Origin: an uncultured virus (IMG/VR IMGVR_UViG_3300025840_000024)
Lineage: Duplodnaviria; Heunggongvirae; Uroviricota; Caudoviricetes
IMG/VR virus record: IMGVR_UViG_3300025840_000024
Direction: 5' to 3' (one strand)
Length of the DNA stretch: 64,000 nucleotides
Shown: positions 11,301 to 21,800 of the stretch, piece after piece
Layout: each line of letters begins with the position of its first letter
Numbering within the stretch: position 1 is the first letter of the stretch
Program-made: the position numbers and the translations under genes
Notes under the pieces: generated by a model
Databases searched by the model: none
Seen by the model: only the letters and a program-made list of their open reading frames with translations
Told to the model about the DNA's origin: nothing

Positions 11301-14223
11301 TGCTATTAAATCCAACAATAATACATTTAGCATCTCAACAGAAAGAGCAGGAACAGCGGTTACTTTTGTTTCTCCTGGTGAGGGCAATGCTCATGAGTTT
11401 GAAATGGTAAAGAAAAATGAAAAAGTAATTATTTCTATTGACAATGTTGTTCAACCTCCATTATCATATTCATTGTTACAATACAATGTAGATAATAATG
11501 GTAATAATATTGGATTTACTACCAATATTATTCCTCTGAGTGGAATTTCATCAATTGTTCCTAATGACGTTTTAAAAATTGGTGATGAGTACATGAAAGT
11601 ATCTAATGTTGGTTTTGGAACCTCAATCTCAGGACCAATATCATTTGGAGGAACTTTCCCACTTGTTCAAGTTGAGAGAGAGTTTGTTGGTACTTCTGCC
11701 TCAACATATTCTGACGCAACAACGGTTTCTCTGTATAGAGGTGCGTTTAATATTGCAGGAAACAAAATTCACTTTACAGCACCTCCTACTGGAGTTTTGG
11801 AAAATAGATCTGAAGAAGATGATAATAATCTTCCAGATGCAAGATCTTCTTTTGGAGGCAGAGTCTTCTTAAAACAAGATTATACTACAAATAAAATTTA
11901 TGACAATATTTCAGAAAACTTTACTGGAATTGGACAAACATATCAACTGACAGTTGGTGGAATTAATACAACTGGATTGGGTTCTACGGGAGGAAGTGGA
12001 ATTGTATTAATTAATGGTATTTTCCAATCTCCAACAACAGAAAATAATCCATCAAATAATTTCTTAATAGAAGAAGATACCGTTGCCGGTATTAGTTCTA
12101 TTGTATTCTCAGGAATAACTTCAACAGATGGCTCTAAAATAATTTCTGAGTCTGATGTCAACCAGAATCAACTTCCTAGAGGTGGCATGATTGTCTCTCT
12201 TGGTTCTACTCCTGGTTTGGGTTATGCACCTCTTGTAGGAGCTTCTGTAACGGCTATAATTGCCGGAGGATCAATTACTTCTATTGGTATCGGTACAACT
12301 GGAAATTGGGGATCTGGATATAGAGAACCCGTTTCTATTGCAATTACAGATTCTAGTGGTGGTTCAGGAGCAGATATTAGTGTTATTGTTGGAGCAGGTG
12401 GAACACTATCATTTAATGTTTCTAATGGTGGAAGCGGATATGATGAATCTACGACAATAGTTGAATTACCTTCTCCATCTTATGAAAATTTATCAGTTAT
12501 TGGAGTTTCTAGACTTGGTATTGGAACAACAACAGAAACTGGAACCGGATTGTTGTTGAATATTGAAATTGGAGCAAGTCAAACTACAGGCATTGGTTCA
12601 ACATTGTTCCAGGTAAGCGAATTTAGCGTTGTTAGAAGTGGTTATGGATTTAAACCTGGAGATGTTATCACTGCTGTAGGTCTTGTGACTGATTATGGGT
12701 TGTCAGAACCACTGGAGCAATTCCAATTAACTGTCTTAGATACCTTTACAGATCAATTCTCTTCATGGGAATTTGGAACATTAGATTACATCGATTCTAT
12801 AAAACAGTATCAGGATGGGATTCAAAAGAGATTCTCATTGTTCTATAATAATCAATTACTGAGTTTCGAAAAAAATACATCAAATGATGATTCCCAATTC
12901 ATTGATATGGATTCCTTGTTAATAATTTTTATTAATGGAATTCTTCAACAACCAAAAGAATCATATCAGTTTGAAGGAGGAACATCATTTGTATTTACAG
13001 ATGCTCCAAAACCAGAAGATGATGTTGCAATTTATTTCTATAGAGGAAGTTACTCAGACAGTTTCATCGTAGATGAAGAAGAAACTATAAAGATTGGGGA
13101 TAGTGTTCAAGTATTTGATAACATTAATATTGAGGACACTAAGACTCAAGAAATTAGAACAGTTTCAGACATTGCATATTCTGATAAAATTCAGACAAAT
13201 CTTTATAGGGGAGTTGGAATTGATGAAGTAAATGACAAACCACTATATTGGACTAAACAAAAAGTAGATAAAATTATTGATGGATACCCGGTTTACAAAA
13301 CAAGAAATTCGATCGAACCTCAGGTGTATCCTACTGCTAAGATTATTAAGGATGTAACAACAACAGATTCCACCATATTTGTAGACAATTCCCAGTTCTT
13401 TGAATATGATACTCCAACATCATTTGATGGGTTAATCGTTTCCGGAGTATCTGATCCAGTATCAGCTGCGGTAACAGCAGTCGTTTCTGCTGCGGGAACT
13501 ATTCAATCACTTTCAATAGAAAGTGGCGGAAGCGGTTATACTGGTTCTTCAGTTGTTGCTAAGATATCTGCCCCACAAAGAGTTGGTGTTGGTATTGGAA
13601 CAACTGCTACTGCTACTATTACTGTCTCAAATGGTTCCCTAACTACTCCAGTAACTATTACAAATCCTGGTTTTGGATATACTCAAACAAAACCACCACA
13701 AGTTATCATTGCTCTCCCAGAAATAGTTTCTGAAGAGATAACAAATATTCAAACTGTTCAGGGAGCAGATGGAAATATTACTGGTATTGGAACAACAGTT
13801 GGAATTGGAACAGATTTGGCATTATATTTTAATATAACTACTGGCGATTTGCAAACTGGATATTACATTTATGTTTCAGATACTATTGTTGGAAATGGAG
13901 TAACCTCTATTATCGATACTGATGATGATATAGTTGGCATTGGAACAACATGTGTAGATAACATCTATCGAATTAGTGGATTGGATGCAGGAGCGGGTAT
14001 TGTTACTTGCAATATACATTCTCAAACAAATGTTGTTGGAATAGCAACCACTACTGGAAACTATGTTGGAAAATTCTCTTGGGGAAGATTATCCAACTTA
14101 ACTAGAGGAGCATCTCCAATATCAATAGGAGTTTCTGCATATGAAGTTTCTTCAGGATTGACAACATTCCCAACAATTCAAAGAAGAGGAGAAGGATTAA
14201 GAAACATAGGTCCTATTTCATAA
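2377..14223 (+). CDS. gp7: giant baseplate wedge initiator gp7-like protein (3948 aa)
   Basis: Lies between gp6 and gp8; N-terminal QLPEFI...FLKQYY, FYESKGTEESFRILFNVLYG; YYQNLSYTVKS...LLHTSGLKNF; many GxGY beta repeats. Confidence 0.8.
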   Translation: MIEAGFESRIKIQQIVDNQLPEFIIDESPKTAEFLKQYYISQEYQGGVVDIIDNLDQYLKLDKFKPEVIVDSSTTTQAVLVDDSTISVSSTKGFPSKYGLIKIDDEIITYTGSTTTTFTGCVRGFSGITNYHQELNQEDLIFSTSSASSHDANSPVQNLSSLFLKEFYKKIKYSLTPGLENLNFTENLNVGNFIKEARTFYESKGTEESFRILFNVLYGETPKVVDLEKFLNKPSSSTYIRRDVVVAEAISGNPLNLAGQTIIKTTDSGSTAPVSEVEIINRKGKTYYKLFLFVGFDDAFPTTTGTFNITGSSRNINDILTTDTVITVDSTIGFPESGTLYAGNNQITYTSKSINQFFGCSNITEYVPTASIVRSNETYYGYENGDITKKVELRLTGVISEYNSGKEESSVSVNEKLKVKNLGEIIENPIDNKTYKEIFANSWIYNTSSRYEINSFSSGETSQVTLSSDIDKSSLKVGDVVDILSRNSQNKEETDLEITSIAGRTISLSKSFVLKNGFKYDIRRKLKSSSSRNVNLEFNSIVSDIQNVYNENDEFMYVASNSLPSYEITKNIFSYNASGVGGKNTNTDLYSTITFSSKVSFKTGSEVYYSATGNVISGLSERSYFVEVLSDNLSIRLHESRSTLGTSGYKYFGILPPGTHNFVLKSQKEKVISAQKILRKFPLSVNMGDGKSDLITPGSIGMLVNGVEITSYKTDNKIYYGPLESVNVLSGGSGYDVINPPLLSVDSGTALVQPAIRGSVEKILVEPQDFDIDVIVSVVLTGGNGKGASFEPVIRKKRREIEFNAAQLSNGGGVDVTNETITFTKPHGLVDGEPITYLARTGVSALGIGTFNGSNDSTGETLSNNVTYYTKFISDNTIQLYKSLGDYKSGINTVGFTSTGTLGIQKFGTQVKNTLSEIRVINGGEGYENRKIYVDPSNISLKNRKNSITFKNHGFNSGELVSYTYETSAVTGLSSANQYYVTKIDDDTFKVSDAGIGGTIKTNYDRQKYVRLESGASGYQIFNYPDISLQVNYGAVGLGSTQFRGSISATPIVRGKIVSALVYDQGSDYGSTILNYNKKPTIEIKNGKDSQFIPIISNGGIERVSIQSKGREYYSVPDIIVSGNGTGAELKPVLVNNKIDSIIVVNSGIGYSTSNTIIQAKSAGSGALLDANIRSLNVNNNIFYNDVTSTDAEANEIISSSYNKLQYSICGYGDVIKNELGDVGTDASPVHSPIIGWAYDGNPIYGAFGYSNPKDIKSDTKRLVSGYSKSLSNIPNRPSESSTGEVGFFIEDYKFTNIGDLDEYNGRYCVTPEFPNGTYAYFATAVENAEGDNVGVFPYFIGDRYRSSFVSENKDLSQSFDFNNSNLIRNTFPYKLSADNAENDFIIESNEIVKQNINVESVSKGSIENFNIINSGDNYKVGDTLQFNESETGGSGLIAQVGRIGGKQIESIETTTLPYNDSIFVWNDKDSVKVKVSPRHSLDNLDYVTISGFSTTLTELLGTHQIGVTSYTTVLNKEIPAAGVVTDIYVSRIPNNVSIGSSIEIGSDTFTLLNIFRNQGVLRVDRGSVGSAHSASTTVNFIPDSFTISKSLQYFDSKENDLVYLNPNQSVGVGTTAGIGVAVTYNVGNQTNNIISIPTQSIFLPGHPFKTNQQVTLTKPTGSSSISVANTSASSPFDLPDGDSQNVYIIKKSPDHIGIVTEVGLTTTTNGLFFINNGDNNYKYSLESNFTQITADIKRIRSQVSVSTSHGLTNGDSINLSVQPNLNVGIGTSTSVAITLDVTHNLPSIRTYFNPGVSVDTSNDEITISSHGYKTGDKVYYSYTTGGSIVDTNIGSYYIYKIDDNTFKLCETYLDSTKNPPIVSSLTSSGDSTSNFRLISPQIEVIKGNNLVFDTSDSSLSGYNLKVFYDNEFKDEFISTGSTDTFNVIASGTPGSVGSALTVYHDENIPTKLYYNLEKSGYISTADKEIKNYNEILFVDSVYSGTYNISGSGTTTFNIVLDKEPEKVSYAKTECDVLKYTTNSSSASGSVSDIRTISPGLNYKKIPDFVNIESQSGTEAYVVVKSDTIGKVNQVKIINQGFEYSSDKTLRPEASIDKLITLDNSYTISSINVTNGGKNYLSTPDLIVIDGDTGKVNDSGLLRANLSGNSIISVSNVVSSKGLTSNTIVRAINNTNGIGINTFYASSSGIVTCILTTPATGFGEEPFSTGDKIFVEGLEKSSSDGDGFNSSDYGYNFFTVSSYTNSGVGVNAELEFDISGLTTNPGIGQTVQNVYASIVNFNNYPKFNVSLDYAQFIIGESLEVKTNVGFVEVDLRVSESNKNSIKVSGDYKIKKDDIIRGRESYTTATINTIKESVGRFEVDYFTRQDIGWSDDIGKLNQDTQVIPNNDYYQNLSYTVKSRQKWEDIVSPVNKLLHTSGLKNFADTEIIKNVESGITTSVSASITLVDLINQNRVDTINNFDFVYDVDTITGGSRYLKFKNKRLSDYIYCKTNRVLQIDDISNLFANSEQSQELSSAVDDLQTSRKYNRYLIQITSDDYSEVQFDEIIVLNDDDGNTFTFEKGSISNVGLTTSDHTKIGDISIEDKNDIKVLKFSPNNPYSTDYNIKYLNSYFTSFSSGIGTESFGFIDLTSSAKIVGSGNTSTLIGISTSKIESIHSQIHIIDNTNNNMNYVELFVDHDGTNTNISELYFDTNEDELSSNFIGSFGASISGGILSIEYTNTTDNSIIVRSRNVGFGTTASGIGTYRFKSTGQPDESEKTVIYDALYSNISAASTIKSFDVNTFTSLKSTVKVGVGTTSALHQVMLISDRTNVVTIQHPFLSIGSTSGIGTFGGDITGSVVSLKFYPDPEFSGNLEILTYNELFYSEIDQINVPNTLQYNNNAESVNVNQYLSGLDRTIFDLNYQNTPIFTKSFDPNNASQLNLSTGEFNIPNHFFQTNEELIYRPKSTFVGVGSTPMQYESATGIGSLPSRVFAIKSNNNTFSISTERAGTAVTFVSPGEGNAHEFEMVKKNEKVIISIDNVVQPPLSYSLLQYNVDNNGNNIGFTTNIIPLSGISSIVPNDVLKIGDEYMKVSNVGFGTSISGPISFGGTFPLVQVEREFVGTSASTYSDATTVSLYRGAFNIAGNKIHFTAPPTGVLENRSEEDDNNLPDARSSFGGRVFLKQDYTTNKIYDNISENFTGIGQTYQLTVGGINTTGLGSTGGSGIVLINGIFQSPTTENNPSNNFLIEEDTVAGISSIVFSGITSTDGSKIISESDVNQNQLPRGGMIVSLGSTPGLGYAPLVGASVTAIIAGGSITSIGIGTTGNWGSGYREPVSIAITDSSGGSGADISVIVGAGGTLSFNVSNGGSGYDESTTIVELPSPSYENLSVIGVSRLGIGTTTETGTGLLLNIEIGASQTTGIGSTLFQVSEFSVVRSGYGFKPGDVITAVGLVTDYGLSEPLEQFQLTVLDTFTDQFSSWEFGTLDYIDSIKQYQDGIQKRFSLFYNNQLLSFEKNTSNDDSQFIDMDSLLIIFINGILQQPKESYQFEGGTSFVFTDAPKPEDDVAIYFYRGSYSDSFIVDEEETIKIGDSVQVFDNINIEDTKTQEIRTVSDIAYSDKIQTNLYRGVGIDEVNDKPLYWTKQKVDKIIDGYPVYKTRNSIEPQVYPTAKIIKDVTTTDSTIFVDNSQFFEYDTPTSFDGLIVSGVSDPVSAAVTAVVSAAGTIQSLSIESGGSGYTGSSVVAKISAPQRVGVGIGTTATATITVSNGSLTTPVTITNPGFGYTQTKPPQVIIALPEIVSEEITNIQTVQGADGNITGIGTTVGIGTDLALYFNITTGDLQTGYYIYVSDTIVGNGVTSIIDTDDDIVGIGTTCVDNIYRISGLDAGAGIVTCNIHSQTNVVGIATTTGNYVGKFSWGRLSNLTRGASPISIGVSAYEVSSGLTTFPTIQRRGEGLRNIGPIS

Positions 14224-14231
14224 TATAAATA
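14224..14231 (+). promoter_or_regulatory. late promoter TATAAATA
   Basis: Exact consensus between the gp7 stop and the gp8 start. Confidence 0.85.
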
Positions 14232-14250
14232 TAGAAAAAACAATATTCAC

Positions 14251-15831
14251 ATGCCTGCTCTTGTAACGGATCAATTTAGAATATTAAATACCACAAGTTT
14301 TGTAGATTCTGTCAATGATTCTTCAAATTCATATTATGTTTTTGTTGGATTAACAAATCCAACATCTAGTGGGTATGGTAGAGATAGTAACTGGGATACA
14401 ACAACTCCAAATCCAGTTGATAATATTGATAGATTAAATCATTATGAATCTACGATGCTTTTTGGAAAAAAAATTACGACTGCCAATATTAGAAGAGTAA
14501 TACGGAGAATTAATTGGACTTCGGGACTAACTTATGAGATGTATAGGTCAGATTATAGTATTCTTAATCCATCTCCAATCTCTAACTCTTTGAGACTATA
14601 TGATGCTGATTATTATGTGGTTAATTCCGATTATAGGGTTTATATTTGTATTGATAATGGATCATCTGGAATAAGCACAAATGGTACTGCATCTACAGTA
14701 GAGCCATCTTTTACTGATTTGGAACCAACCAAATTGAGTGATGGATATACTTGGAAATATTTGTATTCTATTTCTCCAAGTGATATTGTAAAGTTTGATA
14801 CTACAGAATATATTACAGTTCCAAATAATTGGGATACATCAACAGATCCTCAAATCTCAGCAATTAGAACAAATGGCAATTCTGATGTAAATGAAAATCA
14901 AATTAAAAAAGTTTACATCCAAAATCAAGGAAAGGGATATTCCATAAGTGATGGCGATACAGCAAAAATAGTTGGCGATGGAACTGGTGGAGAAGTTTCT
15001 TTAAGTGTTGATAATAATAAAATTACTAATGTTACAGTAATTTCTGGTGGAAGGGGATATACTTATGGAATGATAAATTTGGGAACAGATCCAAATAATC
15101 TGCCAGAAATTAATGCAGAATTAATCCCAATTATCCCTCCGTCAAAAGGGCATGGTTTTGATATCTATGAGGAACTTGGAGCAGATAAAGTTTTAATTTA
15201 TGCAAGATTTGATGACTCGACAAAAGATTTTCCAATAGATACTAAATTTGCTCAAATTGGAATTGTTAAGAATCCAACAGTTTTCGATTCAACGGGCATT
15301 AATACTACAGTTTACTCTACCAATGAGTTTTCTGCACTCTATGCTATGAAGGTTAATGTTTCTAGTGGTTCGCTGTCTCCCGGAGACAAAATACAACAAA
15401 CTTCTGATGGGAAAACTGCCTTAGCATATGTTGCTTCGTATGATATTTTGGATGAACAAGGAAATACTGCAGTAATTAAATATTATCAAGATAGATCACT
15501 ATTTTATAATCAATCTACCTATGGTCATATAGATTTTACTAATATTGGAACTTATTATGATACTAATGGGACTATTTTAAAGTTTAAAGGTGATTCTGGC
15601 AACATCACAAAAACTGGGGGAGGATTCAGTGGAACTATTGACACCGGATTTGGAGGAATAACTACAACTATCTCAAATAAAGTTATTAATTTGGGAGTAG
15701 TGTTTAATGGAGGTCTTGCTAATCCCGAGATAAATAGTAAGTCTGGAGATGTAATTTATATTGACAATAGAAAAACTGTTGAAAGAAACAGTAGACAAAA
15801 AGAAGACGTTAAAATTATCCTGGAATTTTAA
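14251..15831 (+). CDS. gp8: baseplate wedge subunit gp8
   Basis: RRINWTSG..YEMYR.DY, YRVYICIDNG, DGYTWKYLY, C-terminal SGDVIYIDNR...RNSRQKEDVKIILEF. Confidence 0.92.
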   Translation: MPALVTDQFRILNTTSFVDSVNDSSNSYYVFVGLTNPTSSGYGRDSNWDTTTPNPVDNIDRLNHYESTMLFGKKITTANIRRVIRRINWTSGLTYEMYRSDYSILNPSPISNSLRLYDADYYVVNSDYRVYICIDNGSSGISTNGTASTVEPSFTDLEPTKLSDGYTWKYLYSISPSDIVKFDTTEYITVPNNWDTSTDPQISAIRTNGNSDVNENQIKKVYIQNQGKGYSISDGDTAKIVGDGTGGEVSLSVDNNKITNVTVISGGRGYTYGMINLGTDPNNLPEINAELIPIIPPSKGHGFDIYEELGADKVLIYARFDDSTKDFPIDTKFAQIGIVKNPTVFDSTGINTTVYSTNEFSALYAMKVNVSSGSLSPGDKIQQTSDGKTALAYVASYDILDEQGNTAVIKYYQDRSLFYNQSTYGHIDFTNIGTYYDTNGTILKFKGDSGNITKTGGGFSGTIDTGFGGITTTISNKVINLGVVFNGGLANPEINSKSGDVIYIDNRKTVERNSRQKEDVKIILEF

Positions 15832-15834
15832 AAA

Positions 15835-18800
15835 ATGGCTCAAAAAACTAATTTAAATGTAAGTCCATATTATGATGACTTTTTAGAATCCGGTGTAGGT
15901 GCTAAAGATAAAAATTACTATAAAGTATTATTCAATCCAGGAAAGCCAATACAAGCTCGTGAATTAAATACTTTACAATCTATATTGCAAGACCAAGTAG
16001 AGAAATTTGGAAGTCACGTCTTTAAAGAAGGTTCGCTAGTTATTCCAGGTAGTACAACCTTTGACAATAATTTATATGCAGTTAAGTTAAACTTAACTCA
16101 ATTCGGAGTTAGCATATCTACTTATTTGTCTCAACTTGTTGGGAAAACAATTGTTGGACAAAATTCTGGAGTTAGTGCATCAGTGCAACTTGCACAACTT
16201 CCAAATTCTGAAGTAGAATATCCAACCTTATACGTTAAATATCTTAATTCTGATTCAAATTATGAGTTCAATCCTTTTCAGGATAATGAACCTCTTTCGG
16301 CGTCTGAAAATATTACATATTCAACTACAACAATTAACGCTGATACAACTTTTGCGACAACTATTTCTTCTGATGCAACAAAAATTGGTTCTTCAGCGTC
16401 AATTAATGAGGGAGTTTATTTTGTTAGAGGGGCATTCGTTAGAGTTCCAAAGCAGACTATAATTTTAGATTATTATACAAATAGTCCTTCATATAGGGTC
16501 GGTTTACAAGTCAATGAAGAAATTATAACTGCTAAGGACGACTCATCTCTTTATGATAATGCAAAGGGATTTACAAATTTTGCTGCTCCTGGAGCAGATA
16601 GATTTAAGATATCTTTAGTTCTTACAAAGAAATTGTTGTCAGATACTAATGATACTGATTTCATTGAGATTTTACGAGTTAAAGATGGTGCAATCAAAAA
16701 GTTAGATATTAAATCTAACTATAACATAATTAAAGATTATTTGGCACAAAGAACATATGATGAATCTGGAGATTATACAACAACCCCATTTGAAATAAAA
16801 ATAAAAAATTCTTTAAATGATAGATTAGGTAATGATGGTGTCTTCTTTGATACTGAAAAAACAGATAAAGGCAATATCCCATCGGATAATTTATTGAGTA
16901 TTAAATTATCTCCAGGCAAAGCTTATGTTAGAGGATATGATATAGAAAAAACTGGTATAGAAATCATTGATGTTGAGAAGCCAAGAACCACGGAAACGGT
17001 CTCTATTTCAAATGTTCCATTTGAAATGGGTAACCTGTTAAGAGTAAACAATGTAACAGGATCTCCAAAACAAAATAATGTCGTATATCTCCAATCAGAA
17101 AGAAAGAATAGTACTGAGACCGCAGCAGGAGTTACTATTGGAGATGCTCAGGTATATACATTCAATTTAACAGATGCTGCATATCAGAATCCATCCACTA
17201 ATTGGGATTTGTATCTATATGATGTACAAACATATACAGAGTTAACTTTAAATCAAAGCGTTAGTTCAACAGATGTTCCCCAGTCATCTTACATAAAAGG
17301 TAAGAGTAGTGGAGCGAGTGGATATGCAGTTTCCGCTGGGTCTGACACTGAGATTATACAAATTAAACAAACCTCAGGAACTTTTTCTGCTGGTGAGAAG
17401 ATTTTAATTAATGGTTCAGAATTGGTTTCTAGAACTATTAAGACTGTCAGATCTTATCAAACTTCGGATATTAAATCTGTTCATCAATCAACTTCAATCT
17501 CTGGGTTTCAAACCGCATTCTTAGCAGATACTCAACTCGATAGAATATCGAGACCAGGTATCATTAAAATTACTACAGGAGGAACTGCAACTATTGGATC
17601 CCCTGCTTCATTCAGTGGAATTAAAACTGGGGATATTATCAGATATCAAATAGATGATAGTACTGAAACATATAATAAGGTATCTTCCATTGATCCATCA
17701 CTACTTTCAATGGAATTAAGCGAGATTGCTAATGTCAGTGGTGTTTGCAGTGGAACTTATCCAGGAAGTAATTTCTCTGGTTCTTATTCTTTAGGTGTTC
17801 CAAAAATTAGAAACGAGGAAGATGGATATCTGTATGCCCAAATTGAAGATTCAAATGTATCTTCAGTAAATTTAAGTTCTTCTGTAATTTCATTTACGGC
17901 AGACTCTAATACAACTTTTACTCCTTCATCAGGAACTCTAACCGTAAATAGAGGCAACTTCACATTAGGTGTAAACTCAATAACCGCTCAGTTTGAGCAA
18001 TTTGATGAAGAAAGATATTCTATTTCATATAGTGATGGAACAATTGATGATTTAACTCCAGACAAATTTAGTTTAAGTAATAATGAAGTAACTTTTACTG
18101 GTCTTGACAATAAAGAAATTTCTAATATAAAAGCAACTTTTGTAAAGAACGGTATTCAGAGTAAGGCAAAGCAGTATAATAGAAGCAAAATAGTTAATGT
18201 AGTTCTTTCTAAAAATCCACAATCTGGTTCTAGTGCTAATAGTTCAATTAATGATGGTCTGACTTACAATAATCAGGCATATGGTTTAAGAGTTCAAGAT
18301 GATGAAATAAGTTTAAATTATCCAGATGTAGGAAAAGTTTTAGCAGTTCTTGAATCTTTAGATAATAATTTGCCAGTATTGGATCAAATAACATTTAGTT
18401 CTTTGGCAAATGTAGATACAAATGCAATTATCGGAGAAAATATTATTGGGAGGTCAACCAATACTGTCGCCAGAGTGGTAACAAAGACTTCTACAGATAC
18501 TCTTGGTATCGTATATTTGAATAATAATAGATTTTCTACAAATGAATCTGTAATATTTGAAGATTCTAATATTAAAACAGAAATACAAACAATTGTATCT
18601 GGACAATATAGAAATATTACCGATAAATTTGCATTAAATAAAGGTCAAAATGATCAATTCTACGATTATTCTCGTCTTGTAAGAAAGAGAGGTCAAGATT
18701 CTCCATCAAGAAAACTTTCAATTATATTTGATTATTATTCGATTCCTTCTGGAGATACTGGAGATTTATTCACAGTAAATAGTTATTCGCAAGAAAGATT

Positions 18801-21800
18801 TTTATCAGATATTCCTAATATTGGAAGATCTGCTGTAAGAGCGTCTGACACACTCGACTTTAGACCAAGAGTATCTCCATTTACAGGAACAACAAGTTCT
18901 CCTTTCTATGGAACTCCAAATAGATTTGCTAACTCTCTGAACTTTATAGTTTCGCCAAACGAAAGTGCTTTAATTGGATATGACTTTTATTTACCAAGAA
19001 TCGATAGATTGTTCTTAGATAAGACTGGAACACTCAATATTGTTAAGGGAATTCCTTCAGTAAATCCAAAACCACCAGCAAGTCTAGATGATGCAATGGA
19101 ACTTGCAAGCATCAGATTACCAGCATATCTTTATGATACAAATGATGTTGAAATAACATTAGTTGATAACAAAAGATATACTATGCGTGATATTGGAAAA
19201 ATCGAAGATCGTGTAGAAACTCTTGAGAGAGTTACTTCATTATCATTGTTAGAGTTAAATACAAAAACTTTACAGATCAGAGATGCTCAGGGTCTTGATA
19301 GATTCAAGAGTGGATTTTTTGTAGATGATTTTAAGAATTATGACTTGATAAATGTTGGCGTTTCTGATATAGAAATTAATTCTGAAAATAATGAGTTAAC
19401 AACTCCATTGACTAGAAATAGTCTTGAAATGAAGCTTGTCACTCAAGAAAATATTTCTGATGAAAACTTAGATTATGCCAATAATTACACCTTAATTGAC
19501 AATAACGTACAAAAAACAGGAGAAGCAGTTACTTTAAAATATGAAAGCGTTGACTGGATAAGTCAAAATTTTGCAACTAAAGTGGAAAATGTCAATCCTT
19601 TCCATGTCATCCTTTATACAGGAAATATCAAATTAAGTCCCGAAAGAGATAGTTGGGTTAGACCAATCAGACTTGCCGATCAAATTATTAGTCGAACTAA
19701 TACATTTTTTGGAGGTTCATGGGGAGTTAGTACATTCCAGTGGGGATTTGATCGAGTAGTTGCTTCTGGAAGTGAAACTTACATGAGATCCAGAAATACA
19801 GGATTCTCTGTTGTTAATCTAAAACCATTAACAAGGTATTATCAATTTTTGGATGGAAATAGTGGAGTTGATTACATTCCCAAATTAATCGAAATCGCAA
19901 CAGATTCTACTTTAGAAAACTATGGTGCATCTGGAGCATTTACTGTAGGAGAAACTGTAGTTGGTTCTTTTGATGGACAAAGATTAATAACTTTTAGAGT
20001 TGCACAATCGAATCATAAAGAAGGACCATTTAACAATCCATCTATAAAATATACTACAAATCCATATTCAACAAATGAAAATATTCCTGAAGCGTATAGT
20101 GCATCATCAAAAACTTTAAATGTTGATATTGCCGGTCTATCTGCTCAAGCACAAGGTTTATATAATGGATATCTTGTACAGGGTATGCAATTAGTTGGAC
20201 AAACTAGTGGAACCGTAGCTTATGTAAAGAATCTAAGATTAATTAGTGATATAAATGGATTCTTATCCGGTTCATTCTATTTGAAAAATCCTCTTACAAG
20301 TCCACCACCATCAGTTAGAATTGAAACCGGATCCAAAGTTTATAAATTAACATCTAGTCCCACAAATGAAACTCCTCTTCCAGGAAGTAAATTAATTTCT
20401 TCTGGAGAATCCTTGTATACTTCTACAGGAATTTGGCAAGCATGGCAAAGACTTACAATAAGAACTACGAATATAAGCATTCGTGTTGATTACAGCGATC
20501 CTTTGGCACAATCATTTACCGTTGGTGGGAGTATCGAAGATGTTCAAGCACCAAATATTGCAATCAGAAGTGATGATGCATATGGAGCCTATTTAACAGC
20601 AGTTGATGTATTCTTTGGAAATAAAGATTCAGGAAATGCTACAGTCAGTCTTGAAATAAGAAAGGTTGAACTTGGGACACCAACAAACAATAGAATTGGA
20701 AATAGGGTAACTTTAAATCCTGATCAAGTATTTACATCTAGAGATGCTTCTATCCCAACAACCTTTACTTTTGATTATCCAATTCCTCTCGAACCAAATT
20801 CAGAATATGCATTAGTTCTTCTTGCACCGCAATCAGACCAATATGAAGTTTGGATTGCTGAAATGGGAGAAAAAACTATTGAAACCAGAGATCTTCCCGA
20901 TTCTCAGGCAATTAAATATGGAAGACAGTTTGCTATCGGAAGTCTTTTCAAGTCCCAAAATGGATCTATATGGACTGCAAATCAATATCAAGATATGAAG
21001 TTTAAACTTCATAAAGCAAACTTCACTTCATCAAGCGGCAGCGTATTATTCCACAATCCATCTTTAGATGTAAGTAATGGATATATTCAATCTCTCAATT
21101 CAAATCCACTGACTATTGTTCCAAGAGAGGTTAAACTTGGCATTACTACTTTAACAGATGATTCTCTTATTGGTATTCTCACAGAAGGAAGAAAAATTTC
21201 AACACAATTGAGACCATATACTTATGGAACTATTGTTGGAACAGGTGCTTCCGTAGTTACTGTTGGAATTACTACAGGTGGATTTAATTATGTAACTGAT
21301 AGCGACAATGAGTGCTCTACTTTTGCAATTACTGGAAACGGAAGCGGTCTTACCTTAGATGTTGAAGCAAATGCAGGAATTATTAACAGCGTAACTCCAG
21401 TAAATTATGGGAGCGGATATAATGTTGGCGATGTTGTTGGCATTGTAACTTCTGATATGTCTTCCGGTACTGGTAGAGATGCTCAAATAACAATTACTGG
21501 AATTGGAACAGGAGCAAATACTTTATTCGTATCAAATGTTCAGGGAGACTCTTTTGCTGGAGCGGCTGCAACTTTAACATACTATGATAATAGCGGAGTA
21601 GTACAAGTTGCCACAGCAACAACTGTAAATACATCAACACCTACCGGTGGAATTTATTCTGGAAATTATTTCAAAGTTGACCATTATCATCATGGAATGT
21701 ATTCAGATTTAAATAAAGTAGTTATTTCGAATGTCATTAGTGACATTAAACCAACAACATTGGCAAACCGATTAACAACTAGCGAAACTTCTATACTCGT